64,000 bases of DNA, taken from contig CAWGVS010000012.1 in the NCBI GenBank assembly GCA_963826115.1, positions 448,001 to 512,000 of the forward strand, given 5' to 3'. Positions 29,901-37,233 of this stretch are shown here, piece after piece. This stretch comes from an uncultured Candidatus Rokubacteria bacterium (GTDB taxonomy: Bacteria > Methylomirabilota > Methylomirabilia > Rokubacteriales > DASRDR01). The notes under the pieces are model-generated. The model ran no database searches and was not told the origin of the DNA. It was given only the letters and a program-made list of their open reading frames with translations. Position 1 is the first letter of the stretch. Each line of letters opens with the position of its first letter. A program made the position numbers and the translations under genes.

Positions 29901-30105
29901 CGGCGCCGACGAGCGGGCGCACCCCCGCCGCCCGCGCGGCCTTGTGGAGGCGCGGCGCGCCGTAGACTCCGTCCACGTCCAGGAGCCCGAGCGCGGGCAG
30001 CTCGAGCCGCGCCGCCTCGTCGACCAGCGCCTCGGGCGCCGACGCGCTTTCCAGGAAGCTGAAGGCGCTCCGGGCGGCGAGCTCGACGTACGGGCCGGAT
30101 CGCAT
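26995..30105 (-). CDS. dnaE2: Error-prone DNA polymerase DnaE2 (ImuC)
   Basis: GRGSAANSAVCY, PDIDLD, PRHLGQHSGG, QWDKDD, RQRPGTAKG, C-terminal SHDFH. Confidence 0.97.
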   Translation of the reverse strand: MRSGPYVELAARSAFSFLESASAPEALVDEAARLELPALGLLDVDGVYGAPRLHKAARAAGVRPLVGAAVTLVGGPRLGLLVESRAGYRALGRLITRVKARAPKGEARVTWDDLDGAVGGLVCLTGGMDGPLTPDLLAGRPAAARVTLERLVRSFGRDRVCVELQRHGTRESELVLRRAVDLARATGLSIVATGGVRHATAGERPILDVLTAVRLRTSLDGLGRRLGANAEQHLRSPAEMARRFADLPDAVAAAGELAARCGFTLQDLGYRFPDYPVPDGESQIAHLRELVEAGARGRYRPVTARVRRQLARELRVIETLDLAGYFLIVWDIVREARARGILIQGRGSAANSAVCYSLGITAVDPVGMDLLFERFLSEERGEWPDIDLDLPSGDRREAIIQYVYQRYGGTSAAMTANVITYQPRRAVREVGKALGFPPDFLDRVAKGVPGWGYQDPDEQAPARHLARAGADLADARIQRFARLWQAVVGLPRHLGQHSGGMVLCAGRLDEVVPLEPATMPGRVVVQWDKDDCADLGIIKVDLLGLGMMAALEEAIALCRAAGREVDLAHLPPDDPAVYQLLQAADTVGLFQVESRAQMATLPRLRPRRFYDLVVQVAIIRPGPIIGQMVHPYLARRAGRQPVVYPHPSLEPILRRTLGVPLFQEQLLRMGMVAAGLTGGEAEELRRAFGFRRSRARMQAIETRLRAGIARNGITGPAAEEIVRAITAFAEYGFPESHAASFALLAYASAYLKVHHPAEFYAALLNNQPMGFYHPATVVRDALRRGQAVRPVDVGVSAVRTTVEDGAVRLGLGQVRGLREAAAARLVAARSVRPFASVDDLCLRAGLSRDEVTALAEVGALGRFGLRRRAALWQAERAARPPGPLYAGQPPAPEPSPLREMSVPERLVADYRGTGVTVGPHPMALRRAEWTRLGVTPAAGLAALGSGRRVRVAGAVVVRQRPGTAKGFVFLSLEDETGIANAIVAPGLFERARATLVHEPFLLVEGVLQHEDGVTAVRATAVRPLAARAPVPSHDFH

Positions 30106-30129
30106 GCGGACGGCCGACGCCGAGGCGGG

Positions 30130-30168
30130 CTACTCGATCCGGCCGGGAGGAACCAGTGCCTGCGTCAT
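30130..30168 (-). CDS. Possible 12-aa micro-ORF (MTQALVPPGRIE) upstream of dnaE2
   Basis: GGAGG-CGTC-ATG then 12 codons and TAG, 24 bp before dnaE2 ATG. Confidence 0.3.
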   Translation of the reverse strand: MTQALVPPGRIE

Positions 30169-30191
30169 GACGCCTCCATCGCGGGCCCGGG

Positions 30192-30218
30192 GTTGAGATC
30201 ACAGTCTGTGACCTCAAC
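30192..30218. promoter_or_regulatory. Near-perfect 13-1-13 palindrome
   Basis: GTTGAGATCACAG-T-CTGTGACCTCAAC, one mismatch. Confidence 0.6.
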
Positions 30219-30368
30219 GGGCCTCAGGCAGCTGAACGCGCTCCGGACCGAAAGCTCGGCGGATGGCGTCATCCGCGGCGCGGACGGCGGCTGGGCGGGC
30301 CCGATGGTCCGCCCACGATCCGCGGTACCCTGGGGCCGCGTGGCGGACCGCCGCCGCGCGCGTGAACC

Positions 30369-31631
30369 ATGCGAGTTCGGGCCCTCTCCACCCTCGGCGT
30401 TCTCGCGGTCGGAATCCTGGCGGCCCTTGCGGCCGGAGAGGGACTGGTTCGCCTTGGCTCCCGGTGGAGTCCCACCGTCCGGGACCTCGTGGTCCCCCGA
30501 GCGGAACGCGGGTCCCAGACCTTCGCCTCCCTGGAGGCATACCTGGCCTCACAGCCCACGCAGGTCGTCCCCCATCGGAACTGGTTCAACTACTGGAACA
30601 ACGCGCTCGGGCTGAACGACGTGGAGTTCACGGTCCCGAAGCCACCGGGGCGATTCCGCATCCTGGCGCTCGGGGACTCGTTCACGTACGGTCTCGTCCC
30701 CTACCCACACAACGTCATGACTCTCCTGGAATCGCGCCTGCGCGCGGACTGCGCCGGCATGGACCTCGACGTCCTCAACTTCGGCATTGGCGGGGCGGGG
30801 GTCCGCGACTACCGAACGATCGTGACGCTCGGACTCGCGACGTACGACCCCAATCTCGTCCTGATCAACTTCTTCGTCGGGAACGACGCCCCGGGTCTTT
30901 ACCGGTTGTCCTTCGAACGATCGCGGCTCCAGGCCGTCCTCGGCGCCTCGCGCTTGTGGCGGCTCGGGCGAAACGCGCTCCGCCTCTGGCGCGGGGTCCA
31001 CGACCTCGCCGGCCTCCGGCCCCCCCCGACGGGGTCCGGGAGCGGCGGACGGATGCCCCGCGGGGGCACGCAGGTGGATCCGACCCGTCAGGTGAGCGAG
31101 CAGGATCCCTCCCTGACGGGTCCGATCTTCTCGCCGACCGAGTACGCCTCGATACAGGCCGAGGAGATGCGGCGGCTCTACGTGCCCGAGGATCCCGCAG
31201 TCATCGATCGGGCCTGGCGACCGGTCCTGGCCGGCCTGGAAGCGATCCGGACGGAGGTCCTTCGGCAGGACCGCCGCCTGGTCCTGGCGATCTACCCCTC
31301 GGCGCTTCAGATCTACCCGGACCGGTTGGTCGCCCTCGTCGAGACGCTGCGCAACCGTCCTCGGTACGCCACGTTGTCGGCCGACCGGCTCGATCCGTGG
31401 CTTCCCAATCGCCAGCTCACCGCCTACTGCCAGCGGACCGCCATCCCGTGCGTCGACCTCACGCCGGTGTTCGTCGAGGCGAGCCGGACTTCCGCCGAGG
31501 CCCTCTACAAGCTGCGCGATTCGCACTGGACGATCCGCGGCAACCGGATCGCCGCGCACGCCGAAGCGGAGTTCCTGGCCGGCCGGCTGTGTCCTTCCGG
31601 ATCGCCGGCGCCGACCGGCGCGCCGCGCTGA
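30369..31631 (+). CDS. SGNH/GDSL hydrolase-like membrane-anchored protein (AlgJ/AlgX-like)
   Basis: RILALGDSFTYG, VLNFGIGG, FFVGND, DSHWTIRGN; N-terminal anchor. Confidence 0.88.
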   Translation: MRVRALSTLGVLAVGILAALAAGEGLVRLGSRWSPTVRDLVVPRAERGSQTFASLEAYLASQPTQVVPHRNWFNYWNNALGLNDVEFTVPKPPGRFRILALGDSFTYGLVPYPHNVMTLLESRLRADCAGMDLDVLNFGIGGAGVRDYRTIVTLGLATYDPNLVLINFFVGNDAPGLYRLSFERSRLQAVLGASRLWRLGRNALRLWRGVHDLAGLRPPPTGSGSGGRMPRGGTQVDPTRQVSEQDPSLTGPIFSPTEYASIQAEEMRRLYVPEDPAVIDRAWRPVLAGLEAIRTEVLRQDRRLVLAIYPSALQIYPDRLVALVETLRNRPRYATLSADRLDPWLPNRQLTAYCQRTAIPCVDLTPVFVEASRTSAEALYKLRDSHWTIRGNRIAAHAEAEFLAGRLCPSGSPAPTGAPR

Positions 31632-31659
31632 CAGCTTCGCAGCCAGCCGGCACGCCGCG

Positions 31660-31707
31660 CGGGAGCGCGAGGCGGGCCGTCTCGTCGACCAGAGGCTCCG
31701 GGGCGGC
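31660..31707 (-). pseudogene. Relic fragment of a dnaE2 5' end
   Basis: Translates AAPEPLVDETARLALP versus SAPEALVDEAARLELP in dnaE2 (29995-30042): 12/16 identical. Confidence 0.65.
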
Positions 31708-31763
31708 GTGGTCATGGCCGGGCCTCTGGGGCGTGCCGGCGCGAGGTCACGCCGACGAGACGC

Positions 31764-33302
31764 TCAGTCGTAGACGGCATCAACGGTCCAGGCGCTCGTG
31801 GTGCCATCGCGCGCGAGCCGGCACGCGACGCCGTCCGGGAGCGCGACGTCCCACTCCTCGCGCGCCCACGCCGTCTCGGCCCACCACTCGCCCGCGCTCG
31901 GCCAGGGACCCGCCGCGGCGACGACCGCGCCGCGGAGCCCCGCGGCCTCGATCCGGACCGGGCGGCCGTCGCGGCACTCCACCCGGGCCGGCCGGGGCGG
32001 CGTGAGCCGGCGCCGGACGAGCGCCGCGCCCGTGACCCAGGGCGGCCGCGCGCCCGCGGCGGGCGGGACTGGCGCGGGCCCCGCGGGACCGTCTCGTGCG
32101 AGCTCTGCTCCCGGGAACGGTCCCATGAGGGCCGCGTCGGGCCGATGGGTGTCGGGCGCGACGGGCGCGCCGACCCGGTCCGCGCCGACGAGGGCGGCGA
32201 GCCGGCCGAGGATCTCGCCGAGCTCGCGCGGGCTCGGCCGGGGCGGGGCGAAGAGGTCCACCTGGAGCGGCGCAAGCGGCGCAGGCTCCGCCTCCACGGC
32301 GACCGCGACCACCGGCGCCGGGAGCCGGAGCGGCTCCAGCTCCGCGCGGAGGAGGCGCCCGAGCGTCCGCCCGTCGCGGATCGGCGCGGCAAGCCCGAGC
32401 CGGTGCTCGTGCTCTCCGCCGTCCGCCAGCCGGAGGGTCAGGCGCAGCGCGGCCGCGCCGGCTTCGCGGAGGGCGAGCCGCGCCGACAGCCGCGCGAGGA
32501 GCCGGTCGAGGACGAAGGCGAGGGCGGGGAGCGCGGGGATCTCCCAGTCGAGCGTGAGGGCCTCGCGGCACGGCTCGACGGGCAGGTGCGGGACGAACGG
32601 CCCCGCGTCCGCGCCGCGGGCCTCGGCCTGGAGGCGCACCGCGGCCGGCCCGAGCCGCGCGAGGAGCGCGGCGGTCGGGAGCGCCGCGAGCGCGCCGAGG
32701 GTTCCGATCCCCCAGCGCTCGAGCGCGAGCGCGAGCGCCGGCTCGGGATCGAGGAGCCCGAGGGGACGCGGGGCGAGGAACGCCTCCTCGGCGCCAGCCG
32801 CGACCACGAGCAGGCCCCCGCCGGCCCGCGCGGCGAGGCGCGCGAGCATCCGCGTCCCGCCGACGCCGACGTGGACCGGCAGCCCGACCGCGTCGCCCGC
32901 GTCGGCCAGCCGCTCACCGATCCGCCGCTCGGCGCCGAAGAGGGGGCCGAGCCCGCCGAGGTCGAGGCCGACGCTGCCGGGCTCCTGCACCTCGACGCGC
33001 GGCGAGGTCGCCCACGCGACGTCGAGCAGCGCCCCGGCGGCCGCTTGCTCGGCCGCGGGATCCGCCGAGCGCAGGACGAGATCGGGCACCCGCGTGGCGG
33101 CCTCGGTCGCGCTCATCCCCGGGCGGATCCCGCCGGCGGCCGCGTCGGGCGTGGCCGCGACGACGGTCCGGATCGTCGTGCCCCGGAGCGCGACCACGGC
33201 GCGCCCCCGGAGGACCGGGTCACGCCGCACCAGCGCCGCGGCGGCGAATCCCGGAACCCAGAGGCTCGCGTACCGCGCCGGGGCGCTCGCGAGGTCCGTC
33301 AT
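31764..33302 (-). CDS. imuB: ImuB, catalytically inactive Y-family polymerase
   Basis: GIRPGMS..EA, SPRVE, LERWGIGTLG, clamp motif QVDLF, C-terminal GPW...GEWW; ATGA overlap with imuA. Confidence 0.9.
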   Translation of the reverse strand: MTDLASAPARYASLWVPGFAAAALVRRDPVLRGRAVVALRGTTIRTVVAATPDAAAGGIRPGMSATEAATRVPDLVLRSADPAAEQAAAGALLDVAWATSPRVEVQEPGSVGLDLGGLGPLFGAERRIGERLADAGDAVGLPVHVGVGGTRMLARLAARAGGGLLVVAAGAEEAFLAPRPLGLLDPEPALALALERWGIGTLGALAALPTAALLARLGPAAVRLQAEARGADAGPFVPHLPVEPCREALTLDWEIPALPALAFVLDRLLARLSARLALREAGAAALRLTLRLADGGEHEHRLGLAAPIRDGRTLGRLLRAELEPLRLPAPVVAVAVEAEPAPLAPLQVDLFAPPRPSPRELGEILGRLAALVGADRVGAPVAPDTHRPDAALMGPFPGAELARDGPAGPAPVPPAAGARPPWVTGAALVRRRLTPPRPARVECRDGRPVRIEAAGLRGAVVAAAGPWPSAGEWWAETAWAREEWDVALPDGVACRLARDGTTSAWTVDAVYD

Positions 33303-34096
33303 CTGACGACGGGCGCCGCTGTCCGACGCGGCCCCGCGACGGCGCGGCGAGGCGCATCGGGCGCGAGCACGGTCCAGGCCAGGCGCACGGCGGCGCCGGG
33401 CGCTCGCGTCCGCGACCGGACCAGGCGCGCTTCGGTCTCGAGCCCCGCGAGGAGCCCCGGACCACCGGGCGCCCAGTGGACGGCGCGCGGCGCCAGCGCC
33501 ACCGCGACCGCGGCCAGGCTTCCGGCCACGCGCCGCGGCCCCGCCACGACGAGCGCCGTCGCGACGCGCTCCACCGCGCGCTGGAGGCGCACGTAGACGG
33601 CGAGCGGCGTCCGACCGAGGATCCAGGGCGGCAGGTCGCCGAGATCGACCGCGACCAGCTCGAACCCACCGCTCTGGACGAGCACGTCCGCGGCCCGCCA
33701 GGCGACGGCGGGCTCGCCGCCGCAGCGGATCCAGAGCAGACGACCGAGCGGGACGCCGAGGGCCGCGGCCGAGTCGGGATCGAGGCTGTCCGTGCCGTCG
33801 ACCAGCGCGGCCCAGCCGCCGCCCCCTATGGCGCCCGCGAGCGCGCCGAGGAGCACCCGGGTCCGCCCCGAGGTGCGCGGCCCGACCAGCTCCCCGAGCT
33901 GGCCGCGCGGAAAGCCGCCCTCGAGGAGCGCATCGAGCGGGGGGAGGCCCGTCGGAATGCTTGGCGCGCGCGGCGCGCGGAGGTCCGGCCGGACGAGGGT
34001 GGCGCCCAGGAGAGCGTCGGCCGGCGCCGGCACGGGGTGCCGGGACGTCCGAGCCCGCCACCGCGGGAAGTCCACGGCCAGCGACACGGGTTCCAT
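33299..34096 (-). CDS. imuA: ImuA, RecA-like mutasome protein
   Basis: IPTGLPPLDALLEGGFPRG, GPRTSGRT, ALVD...LDP, GGFELVAVD; position before imuB. Confidence 0.88.
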   Translation of the reverse strand: MEPVSLAVDFPRWRARTSRHPVPAPADALLGATLVRPDLRAPRAPSIPTGLPPLDALLEGGFPRGQLGELVGPRTSGRTRVLLGALAGAIGGGGWAALVDGTDSLDPDSAAALGVPLGRLLWIRCGGEPAVAWRAADVLVQSGGFELVAVDLGDLPPWILGRTPLAVYVRLQRAVERVATALVVAGPRRVAGSLAAVAVALAPRAVHWAPGGPGLLAGLETEARLVRSRTRAPGAAVRLAWTVLAPDAPRRAVAGPRRTAAPVVR

Positions 34097-34138
34097 GGGG
34101 CAGGCGACGGTGCAGCGTCGCGATGACTACTAAACATG

Positions 34139-34159
34139 AGTTGTGTTATCTGGACAACT
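34139..34159. promoter_or_regulatory. Candidate operator upstream of imuA
   Basis: AGTTGT-N9-ACAACT in an AT-rich patch 43-63 bp upstream of the start. Confidence 0.5.
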
Positions 34160-34176
34160 ACAGCATGTGGGGGCGT

Positions 34177-34201
34177 ATCCCCGGGAGGAGCCCCCGGGGA
34201 T
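34177..34201 (-). terminator. GC hairpin after the MOSC gene, possible terminator
   Basis: ATCCCCGGG-N7-CCCGGGGAT; no U tract. Confidence 0.35.
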
Positions 34202-34224
34202 GGGGGCCGCGGACCGCGGGGCCG

Positions 34225-34860
34225 CTACAGGAGCGTGACCGGATCGCCCACGCGGATGACGCCCTCCGTCTCGACCGCGCAGTCGAGGGCCATCGTGCCG
34301 CCGAACTGCCGCACGATCCGGCGCAGCACGCCCGGATCCTGCACCTGCGTGTCGGGGTCGTAGGTCGTCATCACGCAGCGCGCGCGGAGCTGGGCGACGG
34401 CGATCTCCACCGCGCCGATCCGGAGCCGCCGCCCCGGCCACTCGCGCTCGCCGAGCCCCTCCACGCCGCCCACGACGACGTTGGGCCGGAGCCGCCGCCC
34501 GTCCACTCCGAGCGCGGCGATCGCGCCGTCCGTCGCGACCAGCAGCGGGAGGATGTCGAACCGCTCCTCCCCGGTGAAGCGCTCGAGCCGGGCCTTCCAG
34601 CCGACCGCCTGCGCGATCGCGGCCGCGGCCTCCGCCGACGCCCACGGCCAGCCGTCCACGCGCGGCTCGCCGTCCTCGCCAAGGGTGCCGCGATGACCGA
34701 GCAGATCCGGGTGCTTCCGCGCGGTGACCACGTGGCCGCGCGCGTCGTACACCTGGACCAGCCGGTCCCCGACGATCCCGTCGCGCCGGACCTCCGCCTC
34801 CGTGAGCCGCTCCCCGGCCAGCGACTTCACGGGATACCGCCACAGCTCGGCGACGTGCAT
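34225..34860 (-). CDS. MOSC domain protein
   Basis: LWRYPVKSLAGE, GIVGDR, RRLRPNVVV, RCVMTT.DPDT, GVIRVGD. Confidence 0.92.
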   Translation of the reverse strand: MHVAELWRYPVKSLAGERLTEAEVRRDGIVGDRLVQVYDARGHVVTARKHPDLLGHRGTLGEDGEPRVDGWPWASAEAAAAIAQAVGWKARLERFTGEERFDILPLLVATDGAIAALGVDGRRLRPNVVVGGVEGLGEREWPGRRLRIGAVEIAVAQLRARCVMTTYDPDTQVQDPGVLRRIVRQFGGTMALDCAVETEGVIRVGDPVTLL

Positions 34861-35111
34861 CACGCGTCTCCCGACGCGCGCCGCGCGGCCAGGAAGCGGC
34901 GGAGGGAGAGCGCCAGGTCCGCCGGCAGCGCTTCCACGGTGGCGGCCCGCAGGATCCCGGGCGTCCGCTTGTAGCTCTCGATGAACGCGACGCACCGGGG
35001 ACACCCGGTCACGTGCGCCTCGATGGCCTCGCGCTCCGACGCCCCGAGCGTGCCCTCGAGGTACTCCATCAGCATCTCGACCCCGTCCCGGCACGTGAGA
35101 TCCGGCATCAC
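34860..35111 (-). CDS. Soluble zinc-binding anti-sigma factor (zf-HC2)
   Basis: LTC...YLEGTL...HVTGCPRC (HxxxCxxC), directly after ECF sigma. Confidence 0.9.
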   Translation of the reverse strand: MMPDLTCRDGVEMLMEYLEGTLGASEREAIEAHVTGCPRCVAFIESYKRTPGILRAATVEALPADLALSLRRFLAARRASGDA

Positions 35112-35713
35112 GTCCTCGCTCCCACGAGATGCGACAGGTAGCCCCGCAGCATCAAGCGCGCCCGATGCACTCGCTGGCGCACCGCGGCGGCCTCGATGCC
35201 GAGGAGGCTCGCCACCTCGCTCGTGTCCAGCTCCTCGAGGTCGCGGAGCACGAAGGCCTCGCGGTAGAGGTCCGGCAGCCGCGCGAGGGCGGCCCGCGCC
35301 TCCGCCGCCAGGCGCTTCTCGTCCAGGAGGTCGTCGGCCCGGCTCGCCACCCCGAGCTCCGCCGCCCCCGGCACATGCTGCCCGTTCTCGTCGAACTGCG
35401 GCAAGTACGCCTCCAGCGATTCGGTCGGACGCCGCCGGCGCGCCCGCTGGTGCATCAGGGCGGCGTTCGTCGCGATCCGATAGAGCCAGGTGGAGAAGCG
35501 CGCCGCGCCGCGGAAGGACGCGAGGCCCCGGTAGGCCGCCAGGAAGGCTTCCTGGAGCACGTCCCGCGCGTCCGCGTCGCTTCCGGTGAGCCGGTAGGCG
35601 AGTCGATAGACCCGCGCCTCGTGCCGGCCCACGAGGGCCTCGAAGGCGTCGGCATCGCCCGCCGCGGCGCGCGCGGCGAGCTCCTCGTCCGAGATCGCCG
35701 CGACGGGGGTCAC
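35108..35713 (-). CDS. ECF RNA polymerase sigma factor
   Basis: GDADAFEALV, DVLQEAFL, FSTWLYRIATN, REAFVLRDLEEL, RVHRAR. Confidence 0.93.
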   Translation of the reverse strand: MTPVAAISDEELAARAAAGDADAFEALVGRHEARVYRLAYRLTGSDADARDVLQEAFLAAYRGLASFRGAARFSTWLYRIATNAALMHQRARRRRPTESLEAYLPQFDENGQHVPGAAELGVASRADDLLDEKRLAAEARAALARLPDLYREAFVLRDLEELDTSEVASLLGIEAAAVRQRVHRARLMLRGYLSHLVGART

Positions 35714-35730
35714 CGGGGCGTCGGCCCCGC

Positions 35731-35907
35731 CTAGCGCGTCCGGATCGCCGCCTTCACCTCGGCCGCGAGCTTGGGCGTGATCTCCTTCACGCCGTGGTCC
35801 TCGGCCGCGTGCGTCTGGACCGCCGCGAGAAGCTCCTCCTCGGTCGCGGCCTCGGCGGTGAACTGGCACCCCTGGACCACGTCGCCGCAGGCGATGTGCT
35901 GGGTCAT
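35731..35907 (-). CDS. DUF1059-like small metal-binding protein
   Basis: MTQHIACGDVVQGCQF...EEELL...HAAEDHG; RBS AAGGAGG. Confidence 0.85.
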   Translation of the reverse strand: MTQHIACGDVVQGCQFTAEAATEEELLAAVQTHAAEDHGVKEITPKLAAEVKAAIRTR

Positions 35908-35948
35908 CTCGGTCCTCCTTTGCGGGCCTTCGGGCCCGTCCCACCTTC

Positions 35949-35977
35949 TTGGATGCTCGGGCGGGCCCCGTGTGACA
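35949..35977 (-). promoter_or_regulatory. Candidate ECF-type promoter
   Basis: TGTCACA-N15-CATCCAA upstream of the DUF1059-sigma operon. Confidence 0.42.
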
Positions 35978-36008
35978 GGCCGCGGAGCCGCCGGGCCCGG
36001 GGCCCGCC

Positions 36009-36239
36009 TCAGGGTGGCGGGTCGATCCCCCCGCGCGCGTAGGGATGACAGCGGCAGAACCGCCAGAGCGCGAGCCGGCCGCCCCGGACGAGCCCGTGCC
36101 GGAGGAGCGCCAGCCGGGCGTACTCGGAGCAGGTGGGCCAGAACCGGCACGCCCCGGGCAAGAGCGGCGAGAGCCATCGCTGGTAGCCGGCCACGACGGC
36201 AAGCGCCGCGCGCGTCGGCCAGCCCGGGCCCGCGTCCAT
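36009..36239 (-). CDS. yidD: Membrane protein insertion efficiency factor YidD
   Basis: YQRWLSP...CRFWPTCSEY...RCHP...GG.DP.P. Confidence 0.92.
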   Translation of the reverse strand: MDAGPGWPTRAALAVVAGYQRWLSPLLPGACRFWPTCSEYARLALLRHGLVRGGRLALWRFCRCHPYARGGIDPPP

Positions 36240-36273
36240 CGCCGGCCCCCTCGTCCCGCGCGCCCCGCCCGGC

Positions 36274-37224
36274 TCAGCCGTGCGGCCGGTCCTCGAGCGG
36301 GAGCCCCATCACCTGGAGCAGCCGATCCATGAGCGCCTGCGTGCGCACCGCGTCGGCGCCCGACGTCCGCGGCTCGGCGCGCGTCCCGACGCACTCGACG
36401 AAGTGCTCGAGCTCCTGCCGGAACCCGAGTTTGTCGGCCACGTGGGCCCAGCCCATGTGGAGAGGCGTCATCTCCGTCACGCGGGCCTGCCCGTCCTGGC
36501 CGAGGCTCACGCGGTCCGGCGCCTCGACCACCGCCGAGCGGCCATGGCCGAAGACCTCGAGCCGCTCCACCCAGTGCGAGCTGGAGCGATTGGCGAGCAC
36601 CACCGCCAGGGCGCCCGAATCGAAGCGGAGCGTGGCCGCCGCCGTCGTCTCGCGGTAGGGATCCGTGAAGACCGCCCCGCCGTGGACGTCCACCGCCTCG
36701 CCGCAGAACCAGCGCAGGAGATCCACCATGTGGATCGCGTTCTCGAGCGTCGCCCGGTACTCGGTGCCCGGCCGGTTCTTGAGCGCGAGGCAGGCCTCGG
36801 GCCGGTGGACCCGGAACGCCTCGTGCGCCGCGACGTACACGGGCGCGTAGCGGCGGTTGAAGCCGACCATGAGCACTCGCGCGGTCCGGGCCGCCAGGAC
36901 CACCAGGGCCTCCGCCTCCGGCACGGTCGTCGCCAGCGGCTTCTCGCAGAAGACGTCGACCCCGGCCTCGAGCAGGCGACGCACCACCGCGTGATGAGTC
37001 TGCTTGGGCGTCAGGACCAGCGCCGCGTCCGGGCGCGCGGCGGCGAGGAGCGCGTCGAGGGACGCGAACCCCGGGCCGAACCCGGTCTCCGCGAGGGCCC
37101 GCGCGAGCGCCGCCGGCGCCGGGTCCACCAGCCCCACCACCTCCACGCCCGGCACGCGACGGAGGAGCGGGAGATGGACCTCGCGCGCCACGTAGCCGAG
37201 CCCCAGCACGGCGAGTCGCAGCAT
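36274..37224 (-). CDS. Gfo/Idh/MocA family oxidoreductase
   Basis: GLGYVA, VFCEKPLA, VGFNRRYAP, IHMVD. Confidence 0.92.
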   Translation of the reverse strand: MLRLAVLGLGYVAREVHLPLLRRVPGVEVVGLVDPAPAALARALAETGFGPGFASLDALLAAARPDAALVLTPKQTHHAVVRRLLEAGVDVFCEKPLATTVPEAEALVVLAARTARVLMVGFNRRYAPVYVAAHEAFRVHRPEACLALKNRPGTEYRATLENAIHMVDLLRWFCGEAVDVHGGAVFTDPYRETTAAATLRFDSGALAVVLANRSSSHWVERLEVFGHGRSAVVEAPDRVSLGQDGQARVTEMTPLHMGWAHVADKLGFRQELEHFVECVGTRAEPRTSGADAVRTQALMDRLLQVMGLPLEDRPHG

Positions 37225-37233
37225 CCGTCCGCC

